A DNA stretch of 64,000 nt from Clostridia bacterium (GTDB lineage Bacteria; Bacillota; Clostridia; Christensenellales; UBA1242), in NCBI GenBank assembly GCA_900767715.1, contig CAAGAD010000005.1, forward strand, positions 151,632 through 215,631, given 5' to 3'. A model generated the notes under the pieces. The model saw nothing but the letters and a program-made list of their open reading frames with translations, ran no database searches and was not told the origin of the DNA. Every line of letters begins with the position of its first letter. The stretch's first letter is position 1. Positions 43,116-51,392 of the stretch are shown here, one piece after another. Position numbers and translations under genes: made by a program.

Positions 43116-44215
43116 ACGGAATCCGTATTCGTCTAACGGGCTTGAACTTTGGACAACTCTTCAATCGATTGAAACGTGAAGACGTGTCCACCCAGTCGGT
43201 CAAGCGTATCGACAGCCGTACGCTCGAAGTCGCACTCGAAATGAGCGACTATCTCAAAGTCAAAGACTATTTATACAAGTTCTACAAAGTGGAGAAAATT
43301 GGCTATACGGGCAAGCGCCAGTTTAAATATCTGCTCACCAAAAACATAGGCTACATAATAGGTGTATTTATTTTTGCTGTATTTGCCATTTTTTCGTCCA
43401 GTTTCGTATGGCAAATTGAGATTTGCGGGCTCGAAACTACGCCTAAAAATGAGATAATTTCCGCCTTAAAAATGCACAACATTGCCGTCGGCAAGACATT
43501 TAACGCAGACATAACTAGCGTGGAAAATCAGTTGCTCATAGATTTGCCCACCATTGCGGACATCAGCATTGAGAAGCGTGGCACGACAATCGTTGTGTCG
43601 GTGAGCGAAAAACTTGTCTTTTCGCCGACCGAGTTCGACCCCATAATTAGTGAATACACGGGGGTCATAAAGTCAATAAACGTTAGCATCGGCACATCGA
43701 CCATTTCGGCGGGAGATTTCGTGCAAAAGGGAGATATTCTCGTTCAGCCGTTCATTCGCTCAAACGACGGCAATAATGTATCCGTGCGCCCTGTGGCGAC
43801 CATAGAGTTTGAATCGCAAGCGGTGGGCGTAACGTGCGTTGCCAAGCGCGAAGCCAAATTGACCTATACGGGCAAAACGGTCAAGCGCAGTTATTATAGA
43901 ATAGGCAAATTGAAATTATCTTCAATAAAACAAGACAAACCATTTGAATTTTGCGAAAAAGTCGTGTATAATAAATGCGTATCAAAGAATTGCTTTTTGC
44001 CAATCTATTTGGTCACGGTGGAATATCGCGAGTTTTATGTTGAGTATATCGACCACACTTTTGACCAAATCAAACAGCGCCTAATCGACGAAAGCATTGC
44101 CAATGCCCAACGCAATGTGGTTGGCGAGGCAGGCGAGTGCAACACGCAGATTATGGAAGTGGCAGGTTTGTATTTTGCCACCAGCACCATAATGTTCACC
44201 GCAATTCAAACATAG
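43112..44215 (+). CDS. yqfD: Sporulation protein YqfD
   Basis: Central TM segment followed by FVWQIEICG (family fIWxIeIxG). Located in a conserved yqfC-yqfD-...-ybeY-era context. Confidence 0.75.
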   Translation: MNGIRIRLTGLNFGQLFNRLKREDVSTQSVKRIDSRTLEVALEMSDYLKVKDYLYKFYKVEKIGYTGKRQFKYLLTKNIGYIIGVFIFAVFAIFSSSFVWQIEICGLETTPKNEIISALKMHNIAVGKTFNADITSVENQLLIDLPTIADISIEKRGTTIVVSVSEKLVFSPTEFDPIISEYTGVIKSINVSIGTSTISAGDFVQKGDILVQPFIRSNDGNNVSVRPVATIEFESQAVGVTCVAKREAKLTYTGKTVKRSYYRIGKLKLSSIKQDKPFEFCEKVVYNKCVSKNCFLPIYLVTVEYREFYVEYIDHTFDQIKQRLIDESIANAQRNVVGEAGECNTQIMEVAGLYFATSTIMFTAIQT

Positions 44216-44222
44216 GAGAAAT

Positions 44223-44702
44223 ATGCTTACAATCAACAAAAAAATTAAACCCGAATATTTTACCAATTTGCAACTGGTCTATGACACCGTGCTCACCACG
44301 CTCGGTCAGCCAAAGGCGAATTTGGACGTGAATTTGTATTTTATGCGCGACGGTCAAATGCGCAAACTCAACCGCGAGTTTAGGAATATCGACCGCACGA
44401 CAGACGTGCTGAGTTTTCCAATGACGGAAACCAAAGCGGGCAAGAAAGTTAGCCTTGCCACCTACAAAACGGAAATGGTGGACGGCCACTTGCTTTTGGG
44501 CGAGATATTCATCAGCCGTCACGTCGCCCGTCGCCAAGCCAAACAGTATGGTCACAGCATAATGCGCGAGATTTGTTTCTTGTTCTGTCACGGAATGTTG
44601 CACATATTAGGCTACGACCACATCGAAGACGCTGACCGCGAAATTATGGAAGAAATGCAAACCAATATTATGAATAAATGCAATATCAAAAGAGGAGAGT
44701 AA
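44223..44702 (+). CDS. ybeY: rRNA maturation endoribonuclease YbeY
   Basis: Zinc motif HGMLHILGYDH and TDVLSFP. Confidence 0.92.
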   Translation: MLTINKKIKPEYFTNLQLVYDTVLTTLGQPKANLDVNLYFMRDGQMRKLNREFRNIDRTTDVLSFPMTETKAGKKVSLATYKTEMVDGHLLLGEIFISRHVARRQAKQYGHSIMREICFLFCHGMLHILGYDHIEDADREIMEEMQTNIMNKCNIKRGE

Positions 44703-44703
44703 T

Positions 44704-45615
44704 ATGAGTGATTTTAGAGCGGGATTTGTAACAATATTAGGCTTGCCAAACGTGGGCAAAAGCACACTAATCAATCGTCTTGTGGGCGAAAAGGTGGCAA
44801 TCGTCAGCCCAAAACCACAGACCACGCGCAACACCGCAATCGGCATATATAATGACGACGACAGCCAAATCGTGTTTGTTGACACACCGGGCATTCACCG
44901 TTCGCACAACAAGATTGACGAATATATGTCCGCCAGCATAGATAGTGCCAGTAAGGACACCGATGTTTTGCTTTTCGTATTGTCTGCCAAGAAGCCACTC
45001 ATCGACCAGTTCAACAAACTCAACTCCAAATATCCAAACCACAGCGCACCAAAAATCGTGGTAATCAACAAGATTGACGAGTCAACATATGAGAAAATGT
45101 ACCCACTCCTTGCCGAATTCAGTCTTGCATGTCCTGTGAAAGAAATTTTGCCAATCAGCGCGCTCAAAGGACGTAACTGTGACGTGCTCGTCAATATGAT
45201 AAAGAGTTATCTGCCAAAGTATGAAACAGAAACACGTTTTTATCCAGTGGAGCAATACACTGACAAATCTGCTAGATACATTGCTAGTGAGATTATTCGT
45301 GAAAAAGTACTCCTATTCTATGATGAAGAGATACCACACGGCGTGGCAGTCGAGATACACCAGTTCGACGAGAGCGAAAGTTTGATTAAACTCGGCGCCG
45401 ACATCATAGTTGAAAAAGACTCACACAAAGCAATCATTTTGGGCAAGAACGGAGAAGCAATCAAACGTCTTGCCACCAGCGCCCGCCTAGAAATGCAGAA
45501 AGTATTAGGCAAGAAAATATTTCTGGAATTGTTCGTCAAGGTGAAGAAAGATTGGCGAGATAACTCCAAACTTTGCGCCGACTTTGGCTATGACACAAAA
45601 AGTTTGTCCAACTAG
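44704..45615 (+). CDS. era: GTPase Era
   Basis: GLPNVGKSTLIN, DTPG, NKID and a C-terminal KH domain. Confidence 0.95.
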   Translation: MSDFRAGFVTILGLPNVGKSTLINRLVGEKVAIVSPKPQTTRNTAIGIYNDDDSQIVFVDTPGIHRSHNKIDEYMSASIDSASKDTDVLLFVLSAKKPLIDQFNKLNSKYPNHSAPKIVVINKIDESTYEKMYPLLAEFSLACPVKEILPISALKGRNCDVLVNMIKSYLPKYETETRFYPVEQYTDKSARYIASEIIREKVLLFYDEEIPHGVAVEIHQFDESESLIKLGADIIVEKDSHKAIILGKNGEAIKRLATSARLEMQKVLGKKIFLELFVKVKKDWRDNSKLCADFGYDTKSLSN

Positions 45616-45661
45616 GGTATAAAGATTTATTCATCTCATATAATACAGTATGGAGATAAAT

Positions 45662-45802
45662 ATGAAGAAAAACGAAAGTATGACAGCAAGTGAAATCTGC
45701 AAAAGACTATTTTACGGAACAGGCGAAATAAACTATTATATGTTGTCCAAAGCGATTGACGACAGCAACAAAAGGACACACACGGACGATTTGATTAGAT
45801 AA
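45662..45802 (+). CDS. yqzL: YqzL-like small protein (46 aa), below the ORF-track cutoff
   Basis: MKKNESMTASEICKRLFYGTGEINYYMLSKAIDD... carries the F..TG.I..Y.L.K core of YqzL. It has the same era-yqzL-recO position as in B. subtilis, SD GGAG, and its TAA overlaps the recO ATG (TAATG). Confidence 0.55.
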   Translation: MKKNESMTASEICKRLFYGTGEINYYMLSKAIDDSNKRTHTDDLIR

Positions 45803-46470
45803 TGGAACAGAATACAAAAGCAATCATTTTAAATACGAGAGAGTATAAGGAAGCGGACAAACTTGCCACGATTTTTAGTCGTGACTTAGGCAAGATATGT
45901 GTGCGCTTTGTTGGTGTGGCGAAACCCAAAGCCAAACTCAAAGCCAATGCTCAACCCTTTTCCTATTCCGACCTTGAACTTATGCGCACGGGCGACTTTT
46001 TCAAGGTGAAGACTGCCAAACTGAATAATAGTTTTGCCGAGATTGTCACCGATTTTGACGCGATGAAAGTGGGTTATGCCATTTTGGAAACATTGGACAA
46101 GGTTCTGCCTAACGCAGAGCCCGAGCCAGAGATTTTTGACCTTGTGCTAGACACCTTGACCACGCTCAACGACAGCGCAAATAATAAGCAAAAAATCTTG
46201 ATTGACTTTTGGCTCAAATTCACCTTTTTACTAGGCAATCCTATCATCAGCGCAGACGCTGACGGCGGGTATAAATATGTCTATCTCGACGGCGTCGATG
46301 GGGTAATCACCCCCATACACACGCACGACAGTGTGGCGGTCGATGGCGCGGTCTGGCAGACGATTTGTGGCACGGGTGAAAAGTATGAAATGGCGCTCCG
46401 CCTTTTGTACAAAGCCTTGCGTATAAAATTTGACGTGGTTTTGAGTTCAATATCTATGTTTTTTGGTTAA
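45802..46470 (+). CDS. recO: DNA repair protein RecO
   Basis: N-terminal OB-fold pattern KAIILNTREYKEADKLATIFSRDLGK. Located directly after era/yqzL. Confidence 0.85.
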   Translation: MEQNTKAIILNTREYKEADKLATIFSRDLGKICVRFVGVAKPKAKLKANAQPFSYSDLELMRTGDFFKVKTAKLNNSFAEIVTDFDAMKVGYAILETLDKVLPNAEPEPEIFDLVLDTLTTLNDSANNKQKILIDFWLKFTFLLGNPIISADADGGYKYVYLDGVDGVITPIHTHDSVAVDGAVWQTICGTGEKYEMALRLLYKALRIKFDVVLSSISMFFG

Positions 46471-46481
46471 AATTGATAAAT

Positions 46482-46508
46482 AGCAAGCAATTTGTTTGCT
46501 TTTTTTTT
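46482..46508 (+). terminator. Terminator after recO
   Basis: AGCAAGC-loop-GTTTGCT hairpin plus a run of 8 T. Confidence 0.65.
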
Positions 46509-46560
46509 GACTTTGTTATATATTCATATAGTCGATATTTACTTAAAAAAGGAAAAAATT

Positions 46561-49200
46561 ATGTTTAACAAAAAAGGCAAATATGTTTATCTTTTCAGTG
46601 AAGGTAATGCAAAAATGCGCAACTTGCTTGGTGGTAAGGGTGCCAACCTTGCTGAAATGACTGGTTTGGGATTGCCAGTTCCTTACGGCTTTACAATCAC
46701 TACGGAAGCTTGTAACCAATTCTACAAAGATAACAAAACAATCAATCCTAAAATTATTGACCAGATTTACACTGCTCTATCTAAGGTAGAGAAGATTGCT
46801 GGTAAGACCTTTGGTGATAACGAGAATCCTTTCCTAGTATCTGTACGTAGTGGCGCTCGCGCTAGTATGCCAGGTATGATGGACACCATTTTGAACCTTG
46901 GTCTTAACGATGTGGCTGTTGAAGGTTTGTCAAAACAAACTAACAATCCACGTTTTGCATACGATAGTTATCGCAGATTTATTCAAATGTTCAGTGACGT
47001 CGTTATGGGCGTTGAGAAACCTAAATTTGAACAAATCATTGACCAACAAAAACAAAAACTCGGCATTAAACTCGACACAGAGTTCACTGCTGATGATTTG
47101 AAAGAACTCATCGTTCTCTTCAAAGCATTGTACAAAGAAGAGAAAGGCGAAGACTTCCCACAAGACCCTAAGACTCAACTTATCTTGGCAGTTAAGGCTG
47201 TCTTCAATTCTTGGGATAACCCACGTGCCATTGTTTACCGTCGTATGAACGACATTCCTTCAAACTGGGGAACTGCTGTCAACGTTCAATCAATGGTATT
47301 CGGTAATATGGGTGAAGATAGTGGTACAGGCGTTGCCTTCACACGTAACCCAGCCACTGGCGAAAAGAAACTTTATGGTGAATACCTAATGAACGCACAA
47401 GGCGAAGACGTTGTTGCCGGCGTTCGCACACCAAAGCCTATCGCTACTTTGAAAGAACAAAACCCTGCTATTTATGAACAATTCCAAAACATTGCAAACA
47501 CTTTGGAAAAACACTACAAAGATATGCAAGATATGGAATTCACTATCGAAAAAGGCAAGTTGTTTATGCTCCAAACTCGTAATGGTAAGCGTACTGCAAC
47601 TGCTGCTTTGCAAATCGCCGTTGACCTTGTTAACGAAGGTATGATTTCAAAGAAAGATGCTGTTATGAAGATTGAACCTAAGTCTTTGGACGCTTTGTTG
47701 CACCCAACATTTGACAAAGATTCACTCAAAAATGCAGAAGTTATCGCTACTGGTTTGCCTGCTAGCCCAGGTGCTGGTTGTGGTCAAATCGTGTTCACTG
47801 CTGAACGCGCAAAAGAAATTGTAGAAGCAGACAAGAATGCAAAAGTTTTGCTTTTGCGTCAAGAAACTAGCCCAGAAGACATCGAAGGTATGGTTGCATC
47901 ACAAGGTGTTGTCACTGCCCGCGGTGGTATGACTAGCCACGCTGCCGTTGTTGCTCGTGGTATGGGAACTGCTTGCGTTGCCGGCGTTTCTACAATGGTT
48001 ATTGATGAAGAAAACAAAACTGTTAAGTTCGGCGACAAAGTTTACAAAGAACTTGACACTATCGCTATCGATGGTAGCACAGGTAACATCTATGGTGGCG
48101 CTGTTAAGATGGTTCCAGCAAGTGTTACAGGTAATTTCGGCACAATTATGTCTTGGGCTGACGAATATCGTCGTCTAAAAGTTCGTACCAATGCCGACAC
48201 TCCAAGAGATGCTAAACAAGCCGTTGTATTCGGCGCAGAAGGTATCGGTCTTTGCCGTACTGAACATATGTTCTTCGGCGCTGACAGAATCCCAGCCGTT
48301 CGTGAAATGATTGTCGCTGACAACCTTGCTGAACGTAAAGTTGCTCTTGACAAACTTCTTCCAATGCAAAGAGAAGACTTCATCGGCATTTATGAAGCAA
48401 TGGAAGACCGTCCAGTTACTATTCGTTTCTTGGATCCACCTTTGCACGAATTCTTGCCACACACTGATGATGAAATTGCTTCTTTGGCAAAAGATATGGG
48501 CATTCCATTCGAAAGACTCAAAGCAAAAGTTGAATCATTGCACGAATTCAACCCAATGCTCGGTCACCGTGGTTGCCGTTTGTCAATCACCTTCCCAGAG
48601 ATTGCAGAAATGCAAACCAGAGCAGTTATCGAGGCTGCTTGTGACGTAATCGCTCGTAAGCATTACAATATTGTTCCAGAAATTATGATTCCACTTGTTG
48701 GCGACGTAAACGAATTGAAATACGTTAAGAACGTAGTTGACGAAACAGCCAAGAAAGTTATGGAAGAAAAGGGTGTCAACCTTCAATACCACGTTGGTAC
48801 AATGATTGAAGTTCCACGCGCCGCAGTTTTGGCAGACAAGATTGCAGAAGTAGCAGAATTCTTCTCATTCGGTACTAACGACTTGACTCAAATGACATTC
48901 GGTTTCAGCCGTGACGATGCGGGCAAGTTCTTAAATGACTACTATGCTAAGAAGATTTTTGAATCTGACCCATTCGCTCGTCTTGACCAAGAAGGCGTAG
49001 GCAAGTTGGTTGAAAACGCAGTTAAGTTGGGCAAATCTGTTCGTAAGAATATCAAACTTGGTATCTGTGGCGAACACGGTGGTGACCCTTCAACTATCGA
49101 ATTCTGCGACAAGATTGGCTTGACTTATGTATCTTGCTCACCATTCCGTGTACCTATCGCACGTTTGGCTGCTGCACAAGCCGCTATCAAAAACAAATAA
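46561..49200 (+). CDS. ppdK: Pyruvate, phosphate dikinase
   Basis: LLGGKGANLAEM ATP-grasp start, phosphohistidine loop GGMTSHAAVVARG, and C-terminal PEP-utilising TIM barrel (GICGEHGGDP). ATG 46561 has SD AAGGAAAA. The track start at 46492 overlaps the terminator. Confidence 0.95.
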   Translation: MFNKKGKYVYLFSEGNAKMRNLLGGKGANLAEMTGLGLPVPYGFTITTEACNQFYKDNKTINPKIIDQIYTALSKVEKIAGKTFGDNENPFLVSVRSGARASMPGMMDTILNLGLNDVAVEGLSKQTNNPRFAYDSYRRFIQMFSDVVMGVEKPKFEQIIDQQKQKLGIKLDTEFTADDLKELIVLFKALYKEEKGEDFPQDPKTQLILAVKAVFNSWDNPRAIVYRRMNDIPSNWGTAVNVQSMVFGNMGEDSGTGVAFTRNPATGEKKLYGEYLMNAQGEDVVAGVRTPKPIATLKEQNPAIYEQFQNIANTLEKHYKDMQDMEFTIEKGKLFMLQTRNGKRTATAALQIAVDLVNEGMISKKDAVMKIEPKSLDALLHPTFDKDSLKNAEVIATGLPASPGAGCGQIVFTAERAKEIVEADKNAKVLLLRQETSPEDIEGMVASQGVVTARGGMTSHAAVVARGMGTACVAGVSTMVIDEENKTVKFGDKVYKELDTIAIDGSTGNIYGGAVKMVPASVTGNFGTIMSWADEYRRLKVRTNADTPRDAKQAVVFGAEGIGLCRTEHMFFGADRIPAVREMIVADNLAERKVALDKLLPMQREDFIGIYEAMEDRPVTIRFLDPPLHEFLPHTDDEIASLAKDMGIPFERLKAKVESLHEFNPMLGHRGCRLSITFPEIAEMQTRAVIEAACDVIARKHYNIVPEIMIPLVGDVNELKYVKNVVDETAKKVMEEKGVNLQYHVGTMIEVPRAAVLADKIAEVAEFFSFGTNDLTQMTFGFSRDDAGKFLNDYYAKKIFESDPFARLDQEGVGKLVENAVKLGKSVRKNIKLGICGEHGGDPSTIEFCDKIGLTYVSCSPFRVPIARLAAAQAAIKNK

Positions 49201-49208
49201 TAAAAGAA

Positions 49209-49232
49209 ATACCCGCAAGGGTATTTTTTTTG
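49209..49232 (+). terminator. Terminator after ppdK
   Basis: ATACCC-gcaa-GGGTAT hairpin plus a run of 8 T. Confidence 0.8.
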
Positions 49233-49239
49233 TTGCGTA

Positions 49240-49268
49240 TTGACAACTAGCCAGTGTTGTGCTATTAT
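49240..49268 (+). promoter_or_regulatory. Sigma-A promoter for orphan gene P1
   Basis: TTGACA(49240-49245), 17 nt, TATTAT(49263-49268). Confidence 0.6.
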
Positions 49269-49294
49269 TCGATTCACAAAAGGGTAGGGAAATA

Positions 49295-50107
49295 ATGGCT
49301 AGTTTAATTGAAAAATATTTAAAAGAAGTAGCAGAAGAACAACACGCACTTGATTACGCAAAAGATGAGTTGATGGGCGCGCAAACTATGATAGAGCATA
49401 TGTTGCCAAAAGTAATGAACGCGTCAATTAATAGTGGCAAAAGTCCGCAAATCAGGAAGGCAGAGCGTGAAGACATCTTCCGCCAGATTCTAGAAGACAG
49501 ATATGATGTAGATGGTTCTAATAGACGCATTAATGAACGCACAGCGCGATTGGACGAACTATGCGACAAGTTTCACGGCGAAATGGAAGTTAGATTTGGA
49601 GATTTCGCAGAAGAAATGGAAAAAGACCTGCAAATACCAAAAGGTGTTATGCGCATAGAAATTCTCGACGGAGATGAGGGTTTGGCAGAAATATCGTCAC
49701 AAAATGTTCCTGTAAAGAGTTTGAAAATTCCGCACGAGCAACTTAAATCAAATATTTGTAATACATGGAAAAAGGTGATATTTCTGTTCTCATTGGACCA
49801 CATTTATCCGGTTATGACCATAGGAGTAGAGCCATCTAAGATTAAGTTTATGGACGAAAAATCACTTTATGAACATACGAATGTAACATTCGGTAAGCTG
49901 ATTATGGACCCGAATAATGAGCGATTGGGAGAAATTCCATACACGATTGAGATAGATGATGTGCGCCAGATTGTTTTGCCATATAAAATAGGCGATTTTC
50001 TAAATATTCCAGCCTATTTGCAAAACGCATTCATTCGCTCAGTCGCTAGATATAAAAAGACCGGAAAAGGTCAAGACAATCTCATTGATAACACAGAACG
50101 AGAATAA
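49295..50107 (+). CDS. Hypothetical protein P1 (270 aa), paralog of the next gene
   Basis: SD AGGGTAGGGA. The N-terminus MASLIEKYL... and the C-terminal segment DDVRQIVLPYKIGDFLNIPAYLQNAFIRSV parallel P2. No family recognised. Confidence 0.6.
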   Translation: MASLIEKYLKEVAEEQHALDYAKDELMGAQTMIEHMLPKVMNASINSGKSPQIRKAEREDIFRQILEDRYDVDGSNRRINERTARLDELCDKFHGEMEVRFGDFAEEMEKDLQIPKGVMRIEILDGDEGLAEISSQNVPVKSLKIPHEQLKSNICNTWKKVIFLFSLDHIYPVMTIGVEPSKIKFMDEKSLYEHTNVTFGKLIMDPNNERLGEIPYTIEIDDVRQIVLPYKIGDFLNIPAYLQNAFIRSVARYKKTGKGQDNLIDNTERE

Positions 50108-50131
50108 AAAGCCAGATTTATGGCTTTTTTT
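50106..50131 (+). terminator. Terminator after P1
   Basis: AAAGCCA-gattta-TGGCTTT hairpin plus a T-run. Confidence 0.75.
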
Positions 50132-50165
50132 ATAAAATTTTTATAAAATTTTTTCAAAAACCCTA

Positions 50166-50194
50166 TTGACAACCCGTTTTTTATGTTATATCAT
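50166..50194 (+). promoter_or_regulatory. Sigma-A promoter for orphan gene P2
   Basis: TTGACA(50166-50171), 17 nt, TATCAT(50189-50194). Confidence 0.55.
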
Positions 50195-50217
50195 CAAACT
50201 AATTAAGGATATGGGGT

Positions 50218-50856
50218 ATGGGAAGTTTAATTGAACAAATGTTGGCTGACATTAACGCTGTTGGCGACCAAAAAGCAGAAGCAGGTAAAAAGTTGCTTAT
50301 GGCTAGACGTCACGTTGATATCTTGACACGTGAAGCCGAGCGTGAATACAATGAGAAATTTGGCGTTGAAGAAAAACGCACATTGTTTAAAGAATTAATG
50401 GAAAAAGAAGCCGAAATGGCAACAAAAGTTAATAGTAAAATTGCTCTGCCTTTGGGCGCTCTTATCGACGAATATGTTGCTCAAAACAATTTGGAAAAAA
50501 ATGACGTAAATTGCAAATGCGGTGTTAGAATTAGTGCAATAAGATTTGGCAAACCAGTCATAATTTACAACTTCAAGGTTAAAGCCAAAAACAGTTATGA
50601 CGTGTTCGACTTCACACGTGACGAAAATCAAGTAAGATTCGCAGACGGCAATGGCATTCATAGTCACATCAACTACCGTCCATATAGTGAGTATAACGGA
50701 GATGAAGCATTATATGTAGTAAAAGACCCTAGAAACATCATCTTCAAACTGAACTACAAAGAACTTGATTTGCTCCGTCAAAACAAACCAAAAATATTCA
50801 AGGCAATGGTTGCCGTGCTTGACCGTCAACTAGCCGAAACCAGCGAACGTAAATAA
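50218..50856 (+). CDS. Hypothetical protein P2 (212 aa), paralog of the previous gene
   Basis: SD AAGGATATGGGG. The N-terminus MGSLIEQML... is followed by a coiled-coil-like region. The C-terminal segment KDPRNIIFKLNYKELDLLRQNKPKIFKAMVAVL parallels P1. Confidence 0.6.
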   Translation: MGSLIEQMLADINAVGDQKAEAGKKLLMARRHVDILTREAEREYNEKFGVEEKRTLFKELMEKEAEMATKVNSKIALPLGALIDEYVAQNNLEKNDVNCKCGVRISAIRFGKPVIIYNFKVKAKNSYDVFDFTRDENQVRFADGNGIHSHINYRPYSEYNGDEALYVVKDPRNIIFKLNYKELDLLRQNKPKIFKAMVAVLDRQLAETSERK

Positions 50857-50860
50857 GGAA

Positions 50861-50889
50861 AATACACCAGAAATCTGGTGTATTTTTTT
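50861..50889 (+). terminator. Terminator after P2
   Basis: AATACACCAG-aaat-CTGGTGTATT perfect 10-bp stem plus a T-run. Confidence 0.8.
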
Positions 50890-50930
50890 GTTGTGGAATA
50901 ACGATAGTTGTGCTTTGCGCACAAAAATAT

Positions 50931-50959
50931 TTGCGCTATGCAGAGATTTGTAGTATAAT
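50931..50959 (+). promoter_or_regulatory. Sigma-A promoter abutting the RNHCP-gene start codon (leaderless candidate)
   Basis: TTGCGC(50931-50936), 17 nt, TATAAT(50954-50959), 6 nt, ATG(50966). No SD. Confidence 0.5.
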
Positions 50960-50965
50960 GTATTT

Positions 50966-51292
50966 ATGAAAATTGCGAAAAACGATAACGGTTTCGTGTG
51001 CGAATGGTGTGGCAAGACGGTCAGCCCGCTCGGCTACACATCGCGCGACCATTGCCCATATTGCCTTGTGAGCAAGCACGTTGACATTTTGCCGGGCGAC
51101 AGAAGCAACGACTGTGGCGGGCATTTAATCCCTTATGACGTGGAAATCAGCGCCAAAAAGGGCTACATAATACACTACAAGTGCGATAAATGCAAGCAAA
51201 CGCACAACAACAAGTCGGCGACTGATGACAAAATGAGCGTTATTTTATCCTTGATGAATAAGTCATACAACCCAAAAGACTTTAAGAAATAG
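50966..51292 (+). CDS. RNHCP domain-containing zinc-ribbon protein
   Basis: FVCEWCGKTV...TSRDHCPYCLVSKHVD...GDRSNDCGG matches the RNHCP-domain pattern. There is a second CDKC pair. Confidence 0.75.
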   Translation: MKIAKNDNGFVCEWCGKTVSPLGYTSRDHCPYCLVSKHVDILPGDRSNDCGGHLIPYDVEISAKKGYIIHYKCDKCKQTHNNKSATDDKMSVILSLMNKSYNPKDFKK

Positions 51293-51360
51293 GACTTAAA
51301 ATCTATCATCGGGTCGCGAAAATTAAGCACTAATTAAGGTTAAATCATTTATTAAAAATA

Positions 51361-51392
51361 AAAGGAAGACAACTTCCTTTTAATTTTTTTTG
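51361..51392. terminator. Bidirectional terminator between RNHCP gene and convergent ABC importer operon
   Basis: AAAGGAAG-acaa-CTTCCTTT hairpin with A/T runs on both sides. It overlaps the permease stop codon. Confidence 0.65.

Noticed and set aside
46492-46560. N-terminal extensions suggested by the ORF track (ppdK 46492, ung 4567, ddl 23803, SBP 54058, permease 52273, membrane protein 54019, ABC2 60692, P1 49259)
   Set aside because: In each case the extension runs through a terminator, a promoter or the neighbouring gene and lacks an SD. An internal ATG with an SD or a family-typical N-terminus is preferred.
50131-50154. Direct repeat TATAAAATTTTT x2 after the P1 terminator
   Set aside because: It is short and low-complexity A/T sequence between a terminator and the next promoter, with no evidence of function.
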